From: an uncultured Bacteriovoracaceae bacterium
Lineage (GTDB): Bacteria > Bdellovibrionota > UBA2428
Reading direction: 5' to 3'
NCBI GenBank assembly: GCA_964407615.1
Contig: CAYOWH010000003.1
Span: forward strand, 4,278 to 68,277
Length of the DNA stretch: 64,000 nt
Under the pieces are notes generated by a model. It ran no database searches. It was not told the origin of the DNA and saw only the letters and a program-made list of their open reading frames with translations. How positions within the stretch are numbered: the stretch's first letter is position 1; each line of letters opens with the position of its first letter. Of this stretch, positions 1-8,795 are shown one piece after another. The translations under genes and the position numbers were made by a program.

Positions 1-1
1 T

Positions 2-1147
2 GGCGCCCTTACTCGAAACAAAATGGCAGCTGTTATTGGATTAGACGAGTCAGGCACTCAAAAAACAAAGCAATTCAAAGTCCAAGCGCTCTACACTTAC
101 CATGGCCTGAAACAAGTGGATGCTGATGAAGTCATCGGCGGAGACATTGCCGTGATTGCTGGGATTGATGATATTTCAATCGGTGACTCCATCGTAGGTC
201 TTCCCGATCAAAAAACATCCGATTTTATTCCTGCAAGCTTTGCACTCCCACGAATCAAAATTGACGAACCCACTCTCGAAGTAGAATGGCTCGTTAACAA
301 CTCACCACTTTCTGGTAGAGAAGGAGAGCACGTCACTAGCCGCAAAATCAGAGATCGTTTACTTAAAGAAACAATGACGAACGTCGCGCTTCGCTTTAAA
401 GAAACGGATTCTCCTGATCGTTTTATCTTAAGAGCTCGAGGTGAATTGCAAGTTTCTATTTTGGCAGAAACACTTCGTCGCGAAGGTTACGAATTTGCTC
501 TGGGCCAACCTCAAATTCTTTTCAAAGAAGTTGATGGGCAAACTCATGAGCCCATGGAACACGCAGTACTTGATCTCCCTCTTTTTGCCCAAGGAACGAT
601 CACTCAAATTCTTCAGCGACGCAAAGGCTTGCTACAAAACATTTCCCAGCGTGGAACAGATCGAATTCGATTGGAATTCTCGATCCCTTCACGTGGACTT
701 ATTGGATTACGTTCTCAGTTTATGACTCAAACAAACGGGTTGGGTCTTTTTAACTTTTTAGCCGCTGGATACGAGCCCTTTAAAGGCGAAATTCTTCGAA
801 GAACTACAGGAGCCCTCGTTTCAGATCGCGCTGGAGAAAGTAGCTCTTATGCTCTGGAAGACCTTCAAGATCGCGGAGTTTTATTCATCGGTCACGGAGC
901 TCAAGTTTACGAGGGAATGATTATTGGCGAAAACGCTAAAGAGAATGACCTTAACGTAAACTGTTGTCGCACAAAACAACTCACTAACTTTCGAACCGTG
1001 AACAAAGACGATGCAATTGTTCTTACCCCTCCTCGCGTGATGACAATTGAACGCGGACTTGAGTGGATTCGCGAAGATGAACTGATGGAAGTCACACCAA
1101 AAAACATTCGGGCTCGTAAAAAAGTTCTCGCAAAAAACATGCGTTAA
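2..1147 (+). CDS. typA: Translational GTPase TypA/BipA, C-terminal ~380 aa (5' end outside window)
   Basis: The frame is open from the window edge (GALTRNKMAAVIG...). It shows a BipA-like domain II-V pattern (GDIAVIAGIDDISIGDSI, LRARGELQVSILAETLRREGYEF) and a basic C-terminal tail. Confidence 0.88.
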   Translation, partial: GALTRNKMAAVIGLDESGTQKTKQFKVQALYTYHGLKQVDADEVIGGDIAVIAGIDDISIGDSIVGLPDQKTSDFIPASFALPRIKIDEPTLEVEWLVNNSPLSGREGEHVTSRKIRDRLLKETMTNVALRFKETDSPDRFILRARGELQVSILAETLRREGYEFALGQPQILFKEVDGQTHEPMEHAVLDLPLFAQGTITQILQRRKGLLQNISQRGTDRIRLEFSIPSRGLIGLRSQFMTQTNGLGLFNFLAAGYEPFKGEILRRTTGALVSDRAGESSSYALEDLQDRGVLFIGHGAQVYEGMIIGENAKENDLNVNCCRTKQLTNFRTVNKDDAIVLTPPRVMTIERGLEWIREDELMEVTPKNIRARKKVLAKNMR

Positions 1148-1149
1148 TC

Positions 1150-1845
1150 ATGACTGAAGAACGTTCTTTTAACGACCAATACGTTTGGATTCGAACTCAA
1201 GACGGCAGCCCCACTCTTTGGAGTAATCAACTAGGAGAACCCTTTCGCTCTGTAAAAGGAGCCTTTCGTGAGTCTTTATTAGTTTTTGTGAAGCCTGCCA
1301 TAGAATACATACAAAAAAGAAAAATTAAAAACCCTGTCATAGGTGAATTTGGATTAGGAACGGGCACAAATTGGTTTCTTTTTAATGTGGTCGCATCTGC
1401 CTATGGGATAGAACACACTTATTTTGCAATCGAAAAAAACTCGACTCCTTTTTTTGAAGCTGAAAAAAAATGGCAACAAGAAACTCATCTCATAAAAAAA
1501 ATTGTTGACGATATTTTTCAAATAGAAATTTCATTACCAAAATTAAACTATCAACAACCTAAAATCTTTACTTGTCTTGAAGAAACCCCCTCTCACTTCA
1601 AGGCAAACGTTTGGTTTCACGATCCCTTTGGATTTGGCGTAAACCCAGATGGATACAACGAGGAAACCCTTAACAAATGCAGTCAACTATGGGCATCTGA
1701 ATTTTTAGGTCTAAGTTATGCCTGTAATTCATATTTTCAAAAAGTTCTAAAAAAACAAAATCTAGGTCGTGTCCAATCCCTAGACACTCAAAGCCCTCCT
1801 CTTAAAAAAGAACGCCTAGAGTTTGAACGCTTAACACAATATTAA
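1150..1845 (+). CDS. MnmC-like SAM-dependent methyltransferase domain protein (DUF752 type)
   Basis: IRTQDGSPTLWSNQLGEPFRSVKGAFRESLLVF matches the DGSxTL...YHSxxGAxxE signature of DUF752/MnmC2. There is a GLGTGTN SAM-loop-like motif. The gene starts 2 nt after the typA stop. Confidence 0.55.
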   Translation: MTEERSFNDQYVWIRTQDGSPTLWSNQLGEPFRSVKGAFRESLLVFVKPAIEYIQKRKIKNPVIGEFGLGTGTNWFLFNVVASAYGIEHTYFAIEKNSTPFFEAEKKWQQETHLIKKIVDDIFQIEISLPKLNYQQPKIFTCLEETPSHFKANVWFHDPFGFGVNPDGYNEETLNKCSQLWASEFLGLSYACNSYFQKVLKKQNLGRVQSLDTQSPPLKKERLEFERLTQY

Positions 1846-1931
1846 CCTCTAATTCATTTTCGTTTTCGTATAAAAGCTGAGATTCTATAGATGAGGAGTA
1901 ATGGATAGGTTTTTTATTTTTTAAATGAAAT

Positions 1932-2177
1932 ATGAAAATTAAATTAAGAGATTTATATATTTTTGGGTTTTTAATTTTTGTTTCTTCTTATTTTTGTTTA
2001 AATTTTATTTTCTTTTCAAGTTCCGAATCTCAAAACTTTGCCATCAACTCAAACGATAATTCAAATGACAATGAAATTGAAAACTACGACGAAAAAACCT
2101 TAGAACTCCAATTAGCCGAGGAGCTTTCACAGCTTTCACCTAACGAATTAACCCAATTTTTTAGAAGCCAAATGTAA
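1932..2177 (+). CDS. Small hypothetical membrane-anchored acidic protein
   Basis: It has one N-terminal hydrophobic helix (IFGFLIFVSSYFCLNFIFF) and an Asn/Asp/Glu-rich tail. I recognise no family. Confidence 0.3.
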   Translation: MKIKLRDLYIFGFLIFVSSYFCLNFIFFSSSESQNFAINSNDNSNDNEIENYDEKTLELQLAEELSQLSPNELTQFFRSQM

Positions 2178-2256
2178 CAAGCCCTTTACCAAAAACTCAT
2201 CAAATATTTTACAAAAACAAACCATTTTTGCCTCAATTATCTCCGATGAAACTTCT

Positions 2257-3252
2257 ATGACAAAAGTAGTTCTTGTGACAGGGATTAATGGGGCTTTAGG
2301 CGCAAATATAGCAAAACAATTACTTCTTCGAGGAGAAAAAGTTGTTGGATTAACTAAAAACAATCAAAATAAAGGATTGCTTCATCTTGAAAGCCTAAAC
2401 CAAAAAGTAACCTTTGCTCAAGGTGACATATGTAACCTTGATACAATTCAAAACATCCTAAAAGACCATCACATTACCCACATATTTCATTGCGCAGGCT
2501 ACAGTACAATTGAAAGTGCTCACTTGGCTCCCCTTCAATGCTTTCAAACAAATATCATGGGAACAGCAACAGTTTTAGAAGCAGCCCGACTAAACGGAAA
2601 CATAGAGGGTATTCTTTGCATGGAGAGTGACAAGTCCTATGGCAACTTTGAATTCAAAGAGTTGCCCTACCGAGAGCATCAAGCTCTCAAACCCCAAGGT
2701 ATTCTTGCCGCTTCAAAAGCCGCTACAAGCTACGTTGCCCTTTCCTATTATCACAATTATCAAGTACCCGTGTTCACTGCTCGAGCTTCTAGCCTTTATG
2801 GACCAGGTGACTTTAATGAAACACGTCTTATTGTTGGAAGTTCGCTAAGGCTTCTTCGGGGAGAGTCTCCCGTTATTTACGAGGGAGTAGCAAACAATAT
2901 TCGAGAATTTTTGTATTTAGAAGATGCAGCTCGAATCATTACGCAAATGATGGATAAAGTTTCTATCACTGCCGGAAAAGCCTACAACGTTGGATCTGGA
3001 TATAAATACACTGTTCGAGAAGTCGTGGATCAGCTTACAAAAACATCAGGCTTTGACATCAAACCCATCATCAAACCTCTCACAAACAAAGCCATTGTCA
3101 TTTCTGAGCAATTTCTTGACTGCTCTCGTATGCTCTCTTTACTTCCTGCAAACATCACCCAATGCCTTGGAATTAAAGAAGGACTTTCCAAAACATTTAA
3201 CTGGTATAAAAGATTCTCACCTCAAAAAGATGAAATTCGAAATGCTGCTTAA
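2257..3252 (+). CDS. Extended SDR, NAD-dependent sugar epimerase/dehydratase family (CDP-glucose 4,6-dehydratase-like)
   Basis: It has a Rossmann motif (VTGINGALGANIAKQL), NIMGTATVLEAAR, an ESDKSYGN (T/S-D-K) motif and a YGPGD motif. The expected YxxxK reads LAASK instead (see findings). Confidence 0.72.
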   Translation: MTKVVLVTGINGALGANIAKQLLLRGEKVVGLTKNNQNKGLLHLESLNQKVTFAQGDICNLDTIQNILKDHHITHIFHCAGYSTIESAHLAPLQCFQTNIMGTATVLEAARLNGNIEGILCMESDKSYGNFEFKELPYREHQALKPQGILAASKAATSYVALSYYHNYQVPVFTARASSLYGPGDFNETRLIVGSSLRLLRGESPVIYEGVANNIREFLYLEDAARIITQMMDKVSITAGKAYNVGSGYKYTVREVVDQLTKTSGFDIKPIIKPLTNKAIVISEQFLDCSRMLSLLPANITQCLGIKEGLSKTFNWYKRFSPQKDEIRNAA

Positions 3253-3255
3253 AAA

Positions 3256-4668
3256 TTATTCACCTGGCTGAATCATTTTTTCTGGGCGCACCCATTCATC
3301 AAACTGTTTGTCATTCAAAAGACCAAGTTCTTTCGCTGACTGACGAAGTGTCTTGTTCTCTTTATGAGCCTTTTTTGCAATCTTTGCAGCATTATCATAG
3401 CCGATGTGAGGATTTAGAGCGGTTACAAGCATCAAGGTATTTTCCAAATGTCCTTTTATGTTGGCTTCATTTGGACTCATTCCCGCTAAACACTTGTCCA
3501 CAAAGTTTGAACAGCTGTCAGAAAGTAGCTCTAGTGATTCCATAAAATTATGAATGATAAGTGGTTTAAAAACATTAAGCTCAAAATTTCCTGAAGCTCC
3601 TCCAATATTGAGAGCAACATCATTTCCTAAAACCTGACAACAAACCATGGTCAAAGACTCCGACTGAGTGGGATTTACCTTTCCCGGCATGATAGATGAT
3701 CCAGGCTCGTTTTCTGGTAAAGACAACTCGTTCAATCCACAGCGGGGACCGCTTCCTAACCAACGCACATCGTTTGCAAGTTTCATGAGACTACACGCAA
3801 GAGTTTTAAAAGCGCCGTGAGCAAAAACAAGAGCATCATGAGAGGCAAGAGCTTCAAATTTATTTGGCGCACTTACAAAATTAAGACCTGAAACTTCCGA
3901 TATTTTTCTTGCAACAAGTTCTGCAAATTTAGGATGAGTATTCAATCCCGTGCCAACAGCCGTCCCCCCCTGAGCAAGCTCTCTTAAGCGAGGCAATGTT
4001 TGCTCAATACGCTCGACAGCATATTCGACCTGAGCTCTGTAACCTGAAAACTCCTGGCCTAAAGTTAGCGGAGTCGCATCCATTAAATGAGTTCGACCAA
4101 CTTTGATAAGATAAGCATATTTTTTTTCTATTTCGCTGAGCGAAGAATGAAGTTTTTTAACAGAAGGTAACAATCTTTTTTCGATGCCCTCAACAGCTGC
4201 AATATTCATCGCTGTAGGGAAAGAATCATTTGATGATTGGCTCATGTTCACGTCATCATTGGGGTGAACAGGCTTTTTTCCACCTTTTACTCCAGTTAAA
4301 ATCTCATTAGCTCGCGACGCTAAAACTTCATTTACATTCATATTGCTTTGCGTGCCCGAACCCGTTTGCCATACAACGAGTGGAAATTCTTCATTCAGCT
4401 TTCCTGAAAGAACCTCATCTGCAGCCTGACAAATTGCTTTACATTTTGTTTCCTCTAATTTTTTTAACTCTTTGTTTGCAAGAGCAGCAGACTTTTTAAG
4501 AATGGCAAAAGCACGAATCACCGACTCAGGCATACGATGATTTCCAATAGGAAAATTTTCTATTGAGCGCTGAGTTTGAGCCCCCCAATGTTTATGGGAA
4601 GGGACCTTAACTTCTCCAAATGTATCTGTTTCAATACGAAATTCGTTTGAGCTTGTTTTTTCAGACAT
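3256..4668 (-). CDS. fumC: Class II fumarate hydratase
   Basis: It carries the [15 protein letters not shown] signature (GSxxMxxKxN) and aligns in full-length fumarase/aspartase style. I chose the start at MSEKTSS (ATG at 4668), although the ORF is open to 4704. Confidence 0.93.
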   Translation of the reverse strand: MSEKTSSNEFRIETDTFGEVKVPSHKHWGAQTQRSIENFPIGNHRMPESVIRAFAILKKSAALANKELKKLEETKCKAICQAADEVLSGKLNEEFPLVVWQTGSGTQSNMNVNEVLASRANEILTGVKGGKKPVHPNDDVNMSQSSNDSFPTAMNIAAVEGIEKRLLPSVKKLHSSLSEIEKKYAYLIKVGRTHLMDATPLTLGQEFSGYRAQVEYAVERIEQTLPRLRELAQGGTAVGTGLNTHPKFAELVARKISEVSGLNFVSAPNKFEALASHDALVFAHGAFKTLACSLMKLANDVRWLGSGPRCGLNELSLPENEPGSSIMPGKVNPTQSESLTMVCCQVLGNDVALNIGGASGNFELNVFKPLIIHNFMESLELLSDSCSNFVDKCLAGMSPNEANIKGHLENTLMLVTALNPHIGYDNAAKIAKKAHKENKTLRQSAKELGLLNDKQFDEWVRPEKMIQPGE

Positions 4669-4699
4669 ACAAGCAAATGTAGTCAAATTCTTGAAAAGA

Positions 4700-4713
4700 G
4701 ACAAAGCTTTGTC
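4700..4713. promoter_or_regulatory. 14-bp perfect palindrome GACAAAGCTTTGTC between fumC and spoVG
   Basis: It is read directly from the sequence. It lies in the divergent intergenic region. Confidence 0.3.
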
Positions 4714-4790
4714 ACAAATTCAATCATTTGACGCATACTTTAAAAACCTTAAAAGCATCCGATAAATGTAAAGAAAGGAAATTGAACAAC

Positions 4791-5078
4791 ATGGAAATTT
4801 CAGATGTACAAATCTATCTGATGAACGAGGAAAAACTTAAGGCATATGCAACCGTTATCATCGATGGAGCCTTTCTCATTCGTGATCTCAAAGTGATCCA
4901 GGGTACCAATGGCCTTTTTGTCGCAATGCCAGCAAAAAAGATGAAAGATGGTAGCTACCGAGACATCGCTCACCCTCTTAATCAAGAAACACGACAGTAT
5001 TTTGAAAAAAAAGTCCTTGAAGCTTATGAGGCAAAAGTTGCAAATAACGGTAGCGACCAGGAAAGCTCCGGAAATTAA
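4791..5078 (+). CDS. spoVG: SpoVG family protein
   Basis: MEISDVQIYLMNEEKLKAYATVIIDGAFLIRDLKVIQGTNGLFVAMP is the canonical SpoVG N-terminus. An AAGGAA RBS lies upstream of the ATG at 4791. Confidence 0.88.
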   Translation: MEISDVQIYLMNEEKLKAYATVIIDGAFLIRDLKVIQGTNGLFVAMPAKKMKDGSYRDIAHPLNQETRQYFEKKVLEAYEAKVANNGSDQESSGN

Positions 5079-6250
5079 AAACCTTCTACCCTAGCACATT
5101 CAAAACTTATTTCATTTTTCAAAGAATCTTGTAAAGCAACTTGAAAGGCTTTTTCACCCAAAGAAAGAGCATTTCTTCTCCAAGCTAAATCGCTTGGACT
5201 AAATAACTCCTGAAATTGTTTTTTAATTTTGGCTTCAATCTCTGAGTTTAAACATCCCCAATGATGAGCTCTGTTTTCGAGAATAATTCGAATAGATGTC
5301 TTGAGCTGTGAGAGAATATCATCTCCTAAGGTTCCAAATTCAGCTGTAAAAGTAGCCACCTTGGAATCTTTTGAAGCGCAGTCATGAACGAAATCTACAA
5401 AGTCACCCTCAGTTTGATAAAATCCCTTGGAGTAAGTTGTCACCACCCTCATATTCGAATCACATTCAAGCTTTTGAACAATCTCTTTATGAATCCAAAA
5501 ATCTTTAGGCTGTGTTTTTACTCCACAAATAAACTGTAAAAGTCCTGATGTTCCTAGCCCTGTATGAACATCAAAATGAAGAACTTCTTCATAATCCTTC
5601 AAAACATTTTCCAATAAATTCTCAAGCCACAAAACTTGGGGTTCTCTCTGAGCTCCTCCAAAATAAATTCCCTTTGAATCCTCATACTGCCCCCCTGCAA
5701 TTGCTTGAGTAAGCTCTTGTTTTTTTCCCAAAAGAGTTGGAATTAATAATCCCATTGTTATTTGAAGCGTTTCTAAAAAAGGGTAAAGAACCTTTTTTCT
5801 ACGAGATAAGATATTTGAAAATTTTGAATACGCATGATTTTTCAATTCTTTAAGCTTTTGAGCTTCCTTAAAGAAATTTCTATTTAAATCCACACTGTTT
5901 TCGGTCACCCTTCTTCCCGAGACAAAACCGTACGGATTTATTGAATGCAAAAGCAAGATTCCAGTTTTAGAAAAATCGATTCGAGGAGCAATGTTTTTTA
6001 AAAATAAAAGTTGCAAAGCGCTCCCCAAGGGCGCCTCACTTCCATGAACACCCGAACTTAAAACAAATAATTTCTTCTTTTTGTGAACAGCTCGCAGATA
6101 AGCCGCATCCAAAAACAAAGAAGAATAACGAGAAGATTTAACCTCTAATGAAGAATGTTCGACTGGACCTTGAAGTGAATCGAGAGCGGCAAGAAATCTA
6201 GATCGAGCCTCAATATAATCAACTGAAAAAAAATCAACCTTCTCGCTCAT
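5075..6250 (-). CDS. M14-type zinc carboxypeptidase-like protein (DUF2817 / succinylglutamate desuccinylase-aspartoacylase superfamily)
   Basis: It has an HxxE motif (VHGSEAPLG), NPYGF, VDLNRNF and a second His in FDVHTGLG. Confidence 0.6.
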   Translation of the reverse strand: MSEKVDFFSVDYIEARSRFLAALDSLQGPVEHSSLEVKSSRYSSLFLDAAYLRAVHKKKKLFVLSSGVHGSEAPLGSALQLLFLKNIAPRIDFSKTGILLLHSINPYGFVSGRRVTENSVDLNRNFFKEAQKLKELKNHAYSKFSNILSRRKKVLYPFLETLQITMGLLIPTLLGKKQELTQAIAGGQYEDSKGIYFGGAQREPQVLWLENLLENVLKDYEEVLHFDVHTGLGTSGLLQFICGVKTQPKDFWIHKEIVQKLECDSNMRVVTTYSKGFYQTEGDFVDFVHDCASKDSKVATFTAEFGTLGDDILSQLKTSIRIILENRAHHWGCLNSEIEAKIKKQFQELFSPSDLAWRRNALSLGEKAFQVALQDSLKNEISFECARVEGF

Positions 6251-6513
6251 TCAAAAAATCCTCTAACCTTAAGCTTATCGGATAGAACGTATGAGAATCT
6301 GACAAAATTTAATCACCCAATAAACAACCCTTGTCAGAAGAACAAGTTTCCACTATCAAACAATCATGAAATCATGTGCTCCCATAGCTTTACTCATGGC
6401 TATGCCTTCTTCTGCGAGCAACATGATGATGGCCCTCCTCGGCCAAAATAATCGATAACTCTCTTTACTAACCTCTTTTTAAAAAAATAAAACATTAAAG
6501 ACTTGGAGCCCTC

Positions 6514-7845
6514 GTGAATTATTTTGCAAAATTATCATTTTTGATTTTTTTGAGCACTGCTTCCTTTGCGCAAGATATTGAAAAGATAAAAATTGAAATC
6601 CCTTTAAAAGACTCAGCCTCTGCCCTTGAGGTAGAAATATCTAAAGTACCCGATTTAGAAAGCGCCCTTATTCAAATCGAACAAGAAGCTTCTCAACTTT
6701 CGGACAATACAGACATCATCATTGCAAATGATTTTGGCTTAGAAAAAAATCCAATTTTTCAAAAACTTCAAAACAACTCTCGCTATTTATTACTTCCACT
6801 TCAGTTAAAAGAAAAAATTGCTGCTGTCGAAAGCCTCAAGAAAATCAAAGAACTTCATACCGATAATAGATATGAGGCTCTTCCCTCTCAAATCTTGGAA
6901 CACTATAAGAATATAGAAATTTCATATGACAAACTAAGAACACCTATTACATTGATTAAAAGCGTTGGAGTCGGCATTGCAAACTTTGCTCTCTATTACA
7001 GCAAATTTGATAGCCATTTTCTCCCTGCGTTTATTTGGGCTTTCTCAACGGCAGCGCAAGCAGCCGCCTTTCAATGGAAAGCTCCCGAAATAAACAATGA
7101 CTACCGAATCATTACAGATGCTTTTTTTAATAAGTTTGAAGTTCTCAAACGTTTTGCTGTTCCAGAATTTGACGACGGAACTGGAAGACATAAAATTCGC
7201 CACCGAATTGTCAAAAACTTAGGAGTCATATTCATTGGTGGATGGAGCGTTACAAATCTCTATCATTTTCTAAGCACTGCGGTCATGTTTTCTATTTTAG
7301 CCAACCACAACCCCACAACTCTTTTGAATATAATCAACGAACAAAGCCAAACCTTAGGAGTTCACTTTCAAAGTTTAACCCTCAAGGCTTTAGGCATTGG
7401 TTTTTTAGTCAATCAATTCTCTTTGAGCTTGAAAGAACTCCTCTCAGATGTCGCTCCCTCTTGCCTTTTAAGTCACCACATACAAAAACTAAGTCCGGAA
7501 AATAAACGTTTTGCCATGGCTACGGGCTCTGCTTTTATAGGAGGTCTTGCCACCATTCTTGTTTCAGCCTCCCAATTTTTGCCCTACCAAGGCGTTAAAG
7601 AAGTTATATGGACACTCACTCTTTCAGGAGCAGCCTACTCAACTTACAAGTATGCATTAAAAGATATTTTTTCAGCAAGTTTTCTTAAAGAAATCTCTGA
7701 GGATTTTAATTTGAAATTTGGTAATTTTATTTTAGACAAAGCTAATGAAATTAAAAAAGAAAATACTTCTAAAAAACTCAAAAAAACTTGTCGACTTTTG
7801 TTAATAAGCTTCCCTCCCAAAGGCTTTCTCTCCTCGATCTTTTAA
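6514..7845 (+). CDS. Hypothetical polytopic membrane protein with signal peptide
   Basis: It uses a GTG start preceded by GGAG. It has a signal-like N-terminus (FLIFLSTASFAQ) and several hydrophobic segments in the C-terminal two thirds. I recognise no family. Confidence 0.45.
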   Translation: MNYFAKLSFLIFLSTASFAQDIEKIKIEIPLKDSASALEVEISKVPDLESALIQIEQEASQLSDNTDIIIANDFGLEKNPIFQKLQNNSRYLLLPLQLKEKIAAVESLKKIKELHTDNRYEALPSQILEHYKNIEISYDKLRTPITLIKSVGVGIANFALYYSKFDSHFLPAFIWAFSTAAQAAAFQWKAPEINNDYRIITDAFFNKFEVLKRFAVPEFDDGTGRHKIRHRIVKNLGVIFIGGWSVTNLYHFLSTAVMFSILANHNPTTLLNIINEQSQTLGVHFQSLTLKALGIGFLVNQFSLSLKELLSDVAPSCLLSHHIQKLSPENKRFAMATGSAFIGGLATILVSASQFLPYQGVKEVIWTLTLSGAAYSTYKYALKDIFSASFLKEISEDFNLKFGNFILDKANEIKKENTSKKLKKTCRLLLISFPPKGFLSSIF

Positions 7846-7890
7846 GAAATACTTAGCTTCAAAACAAGAAAACATGTAGAATAAAATTAA

Positions 7891-8793
7891 ATGAAAATTA
7901 AATTTATTTTAATCCTCTTTTTTCTGTTTCTTTCCTGTGGAAACAATGCTCAGCCCTTAAATAAATTAGACAGCTCCAACAAAAGCCTTAAAGTCACCTC
8001 ACAAAAAAAAGAGTGTGTCGTGATCATAAGCTTTGATGGCGGCAAACCTGCCTCAATCCTTAAAGCCAACATGCCTATTTTATCTAAAATCGTATCTGAA
8101 GGAGCTTACACTTGGAAAGCAGAGACAATTTTTCCCTCACTTACCCTTCCTTCACACACTTCTATGATTACAGGTGTAGAACCAAGCTTACACAGATTTT
8201 TATGGAATGAATGGAAAGAAGAAAAAGGACTCATCACGATACCCACAATCTTTACGCTTGCAAAAAGTGCTGGAATGAAAACTGCTCTCTTCGCAACAAA
8301 GCAAAAGTTTAGACACTTTGAAACGCCTAACACCCTCGATAAATTTACCTATTTCGATCGAAATTCACAGCAAATTGCAACAGAAGCAGCCCTTTATTTT
8401 AAGGCAGAAAATCCAAATCTCACGTTCGTTCATTTTCAAGATGCTGATAAAGCAGGACACAAATTTGGATGGGAGTCTCCTGAGCAAATTCAAGCTTTAG
8501 AAGAAAGTGATAAAGCTTTGGGCGTGCTTTTGTCTGCGATTGAAGAAAGCAAAAGAAATTGTACTTTAATCATTACCGCAGATCACGGCGGAACCGCAAA
8601 AGGCCATGGCAGCAACAGTGCGGATGATACCAATATTCCGTGGATTGCATGGGGCCACAAAGTGCAAAAAGGCGAAATTCATTCATTTATCAAAACAACA
8701 AATACTGCTGCAACGGCTTTGTATTTACTTGGAATAGATAAACCCAACAACTGGACTGGACAAGTTGTAAAAAGCGCTCTTAAAGAAGACTAA
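7891..8793 (+). CDS. Lipoprotein, nucleotide pyrophosphatase/phosphodiesterase (alkaline phosphatase superfamily)
   Basis: It has a lipobox (LFLSCGNN), ISFDGGKP, FPSLTLPSHTSMITG (Thr nucleophile context), DADKAGHKFGW and TADHGG. Confidence 0.75.
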   Translation: MKIKFILILFFLFLSCGNNAQPLNKLDSSNKSLKVTSQKKECVVIISFDGGKPASILKANMPILSKIVSEGAYTWKAETIFPSLTLPSHTSMITGVEPSLHRFLWNEWKEEKGLITIPTIFTLAKSAGMKTALFATKQKFRHFETPNTLDKFTYFDRNSQQIATEAALYFKAENPNLTFVHFQDADKAGHKFGWESPEQIQALEESDKALGVLLSAIEESKRNCTLIITADHGGTAKGHGSNSADDTNIPWIAWGHKVQKGEIHSFIKTTNTAATALYLLGIDKPNNWTGQVVKSALKED

Positions 8794-8795
8794 AT

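Noticed and set aside
6366-6458. 30-codon ORF (MKSCAPIALLMAMPSSASNMMMALLGQNNR) in the 263-nt intergenic region
   Set aside because: It has no Shine-Dalgarno sequence and no recognisable features. It cannot be supported without expression data. I also saw no riboswitch or sRNA signature in this spacer.
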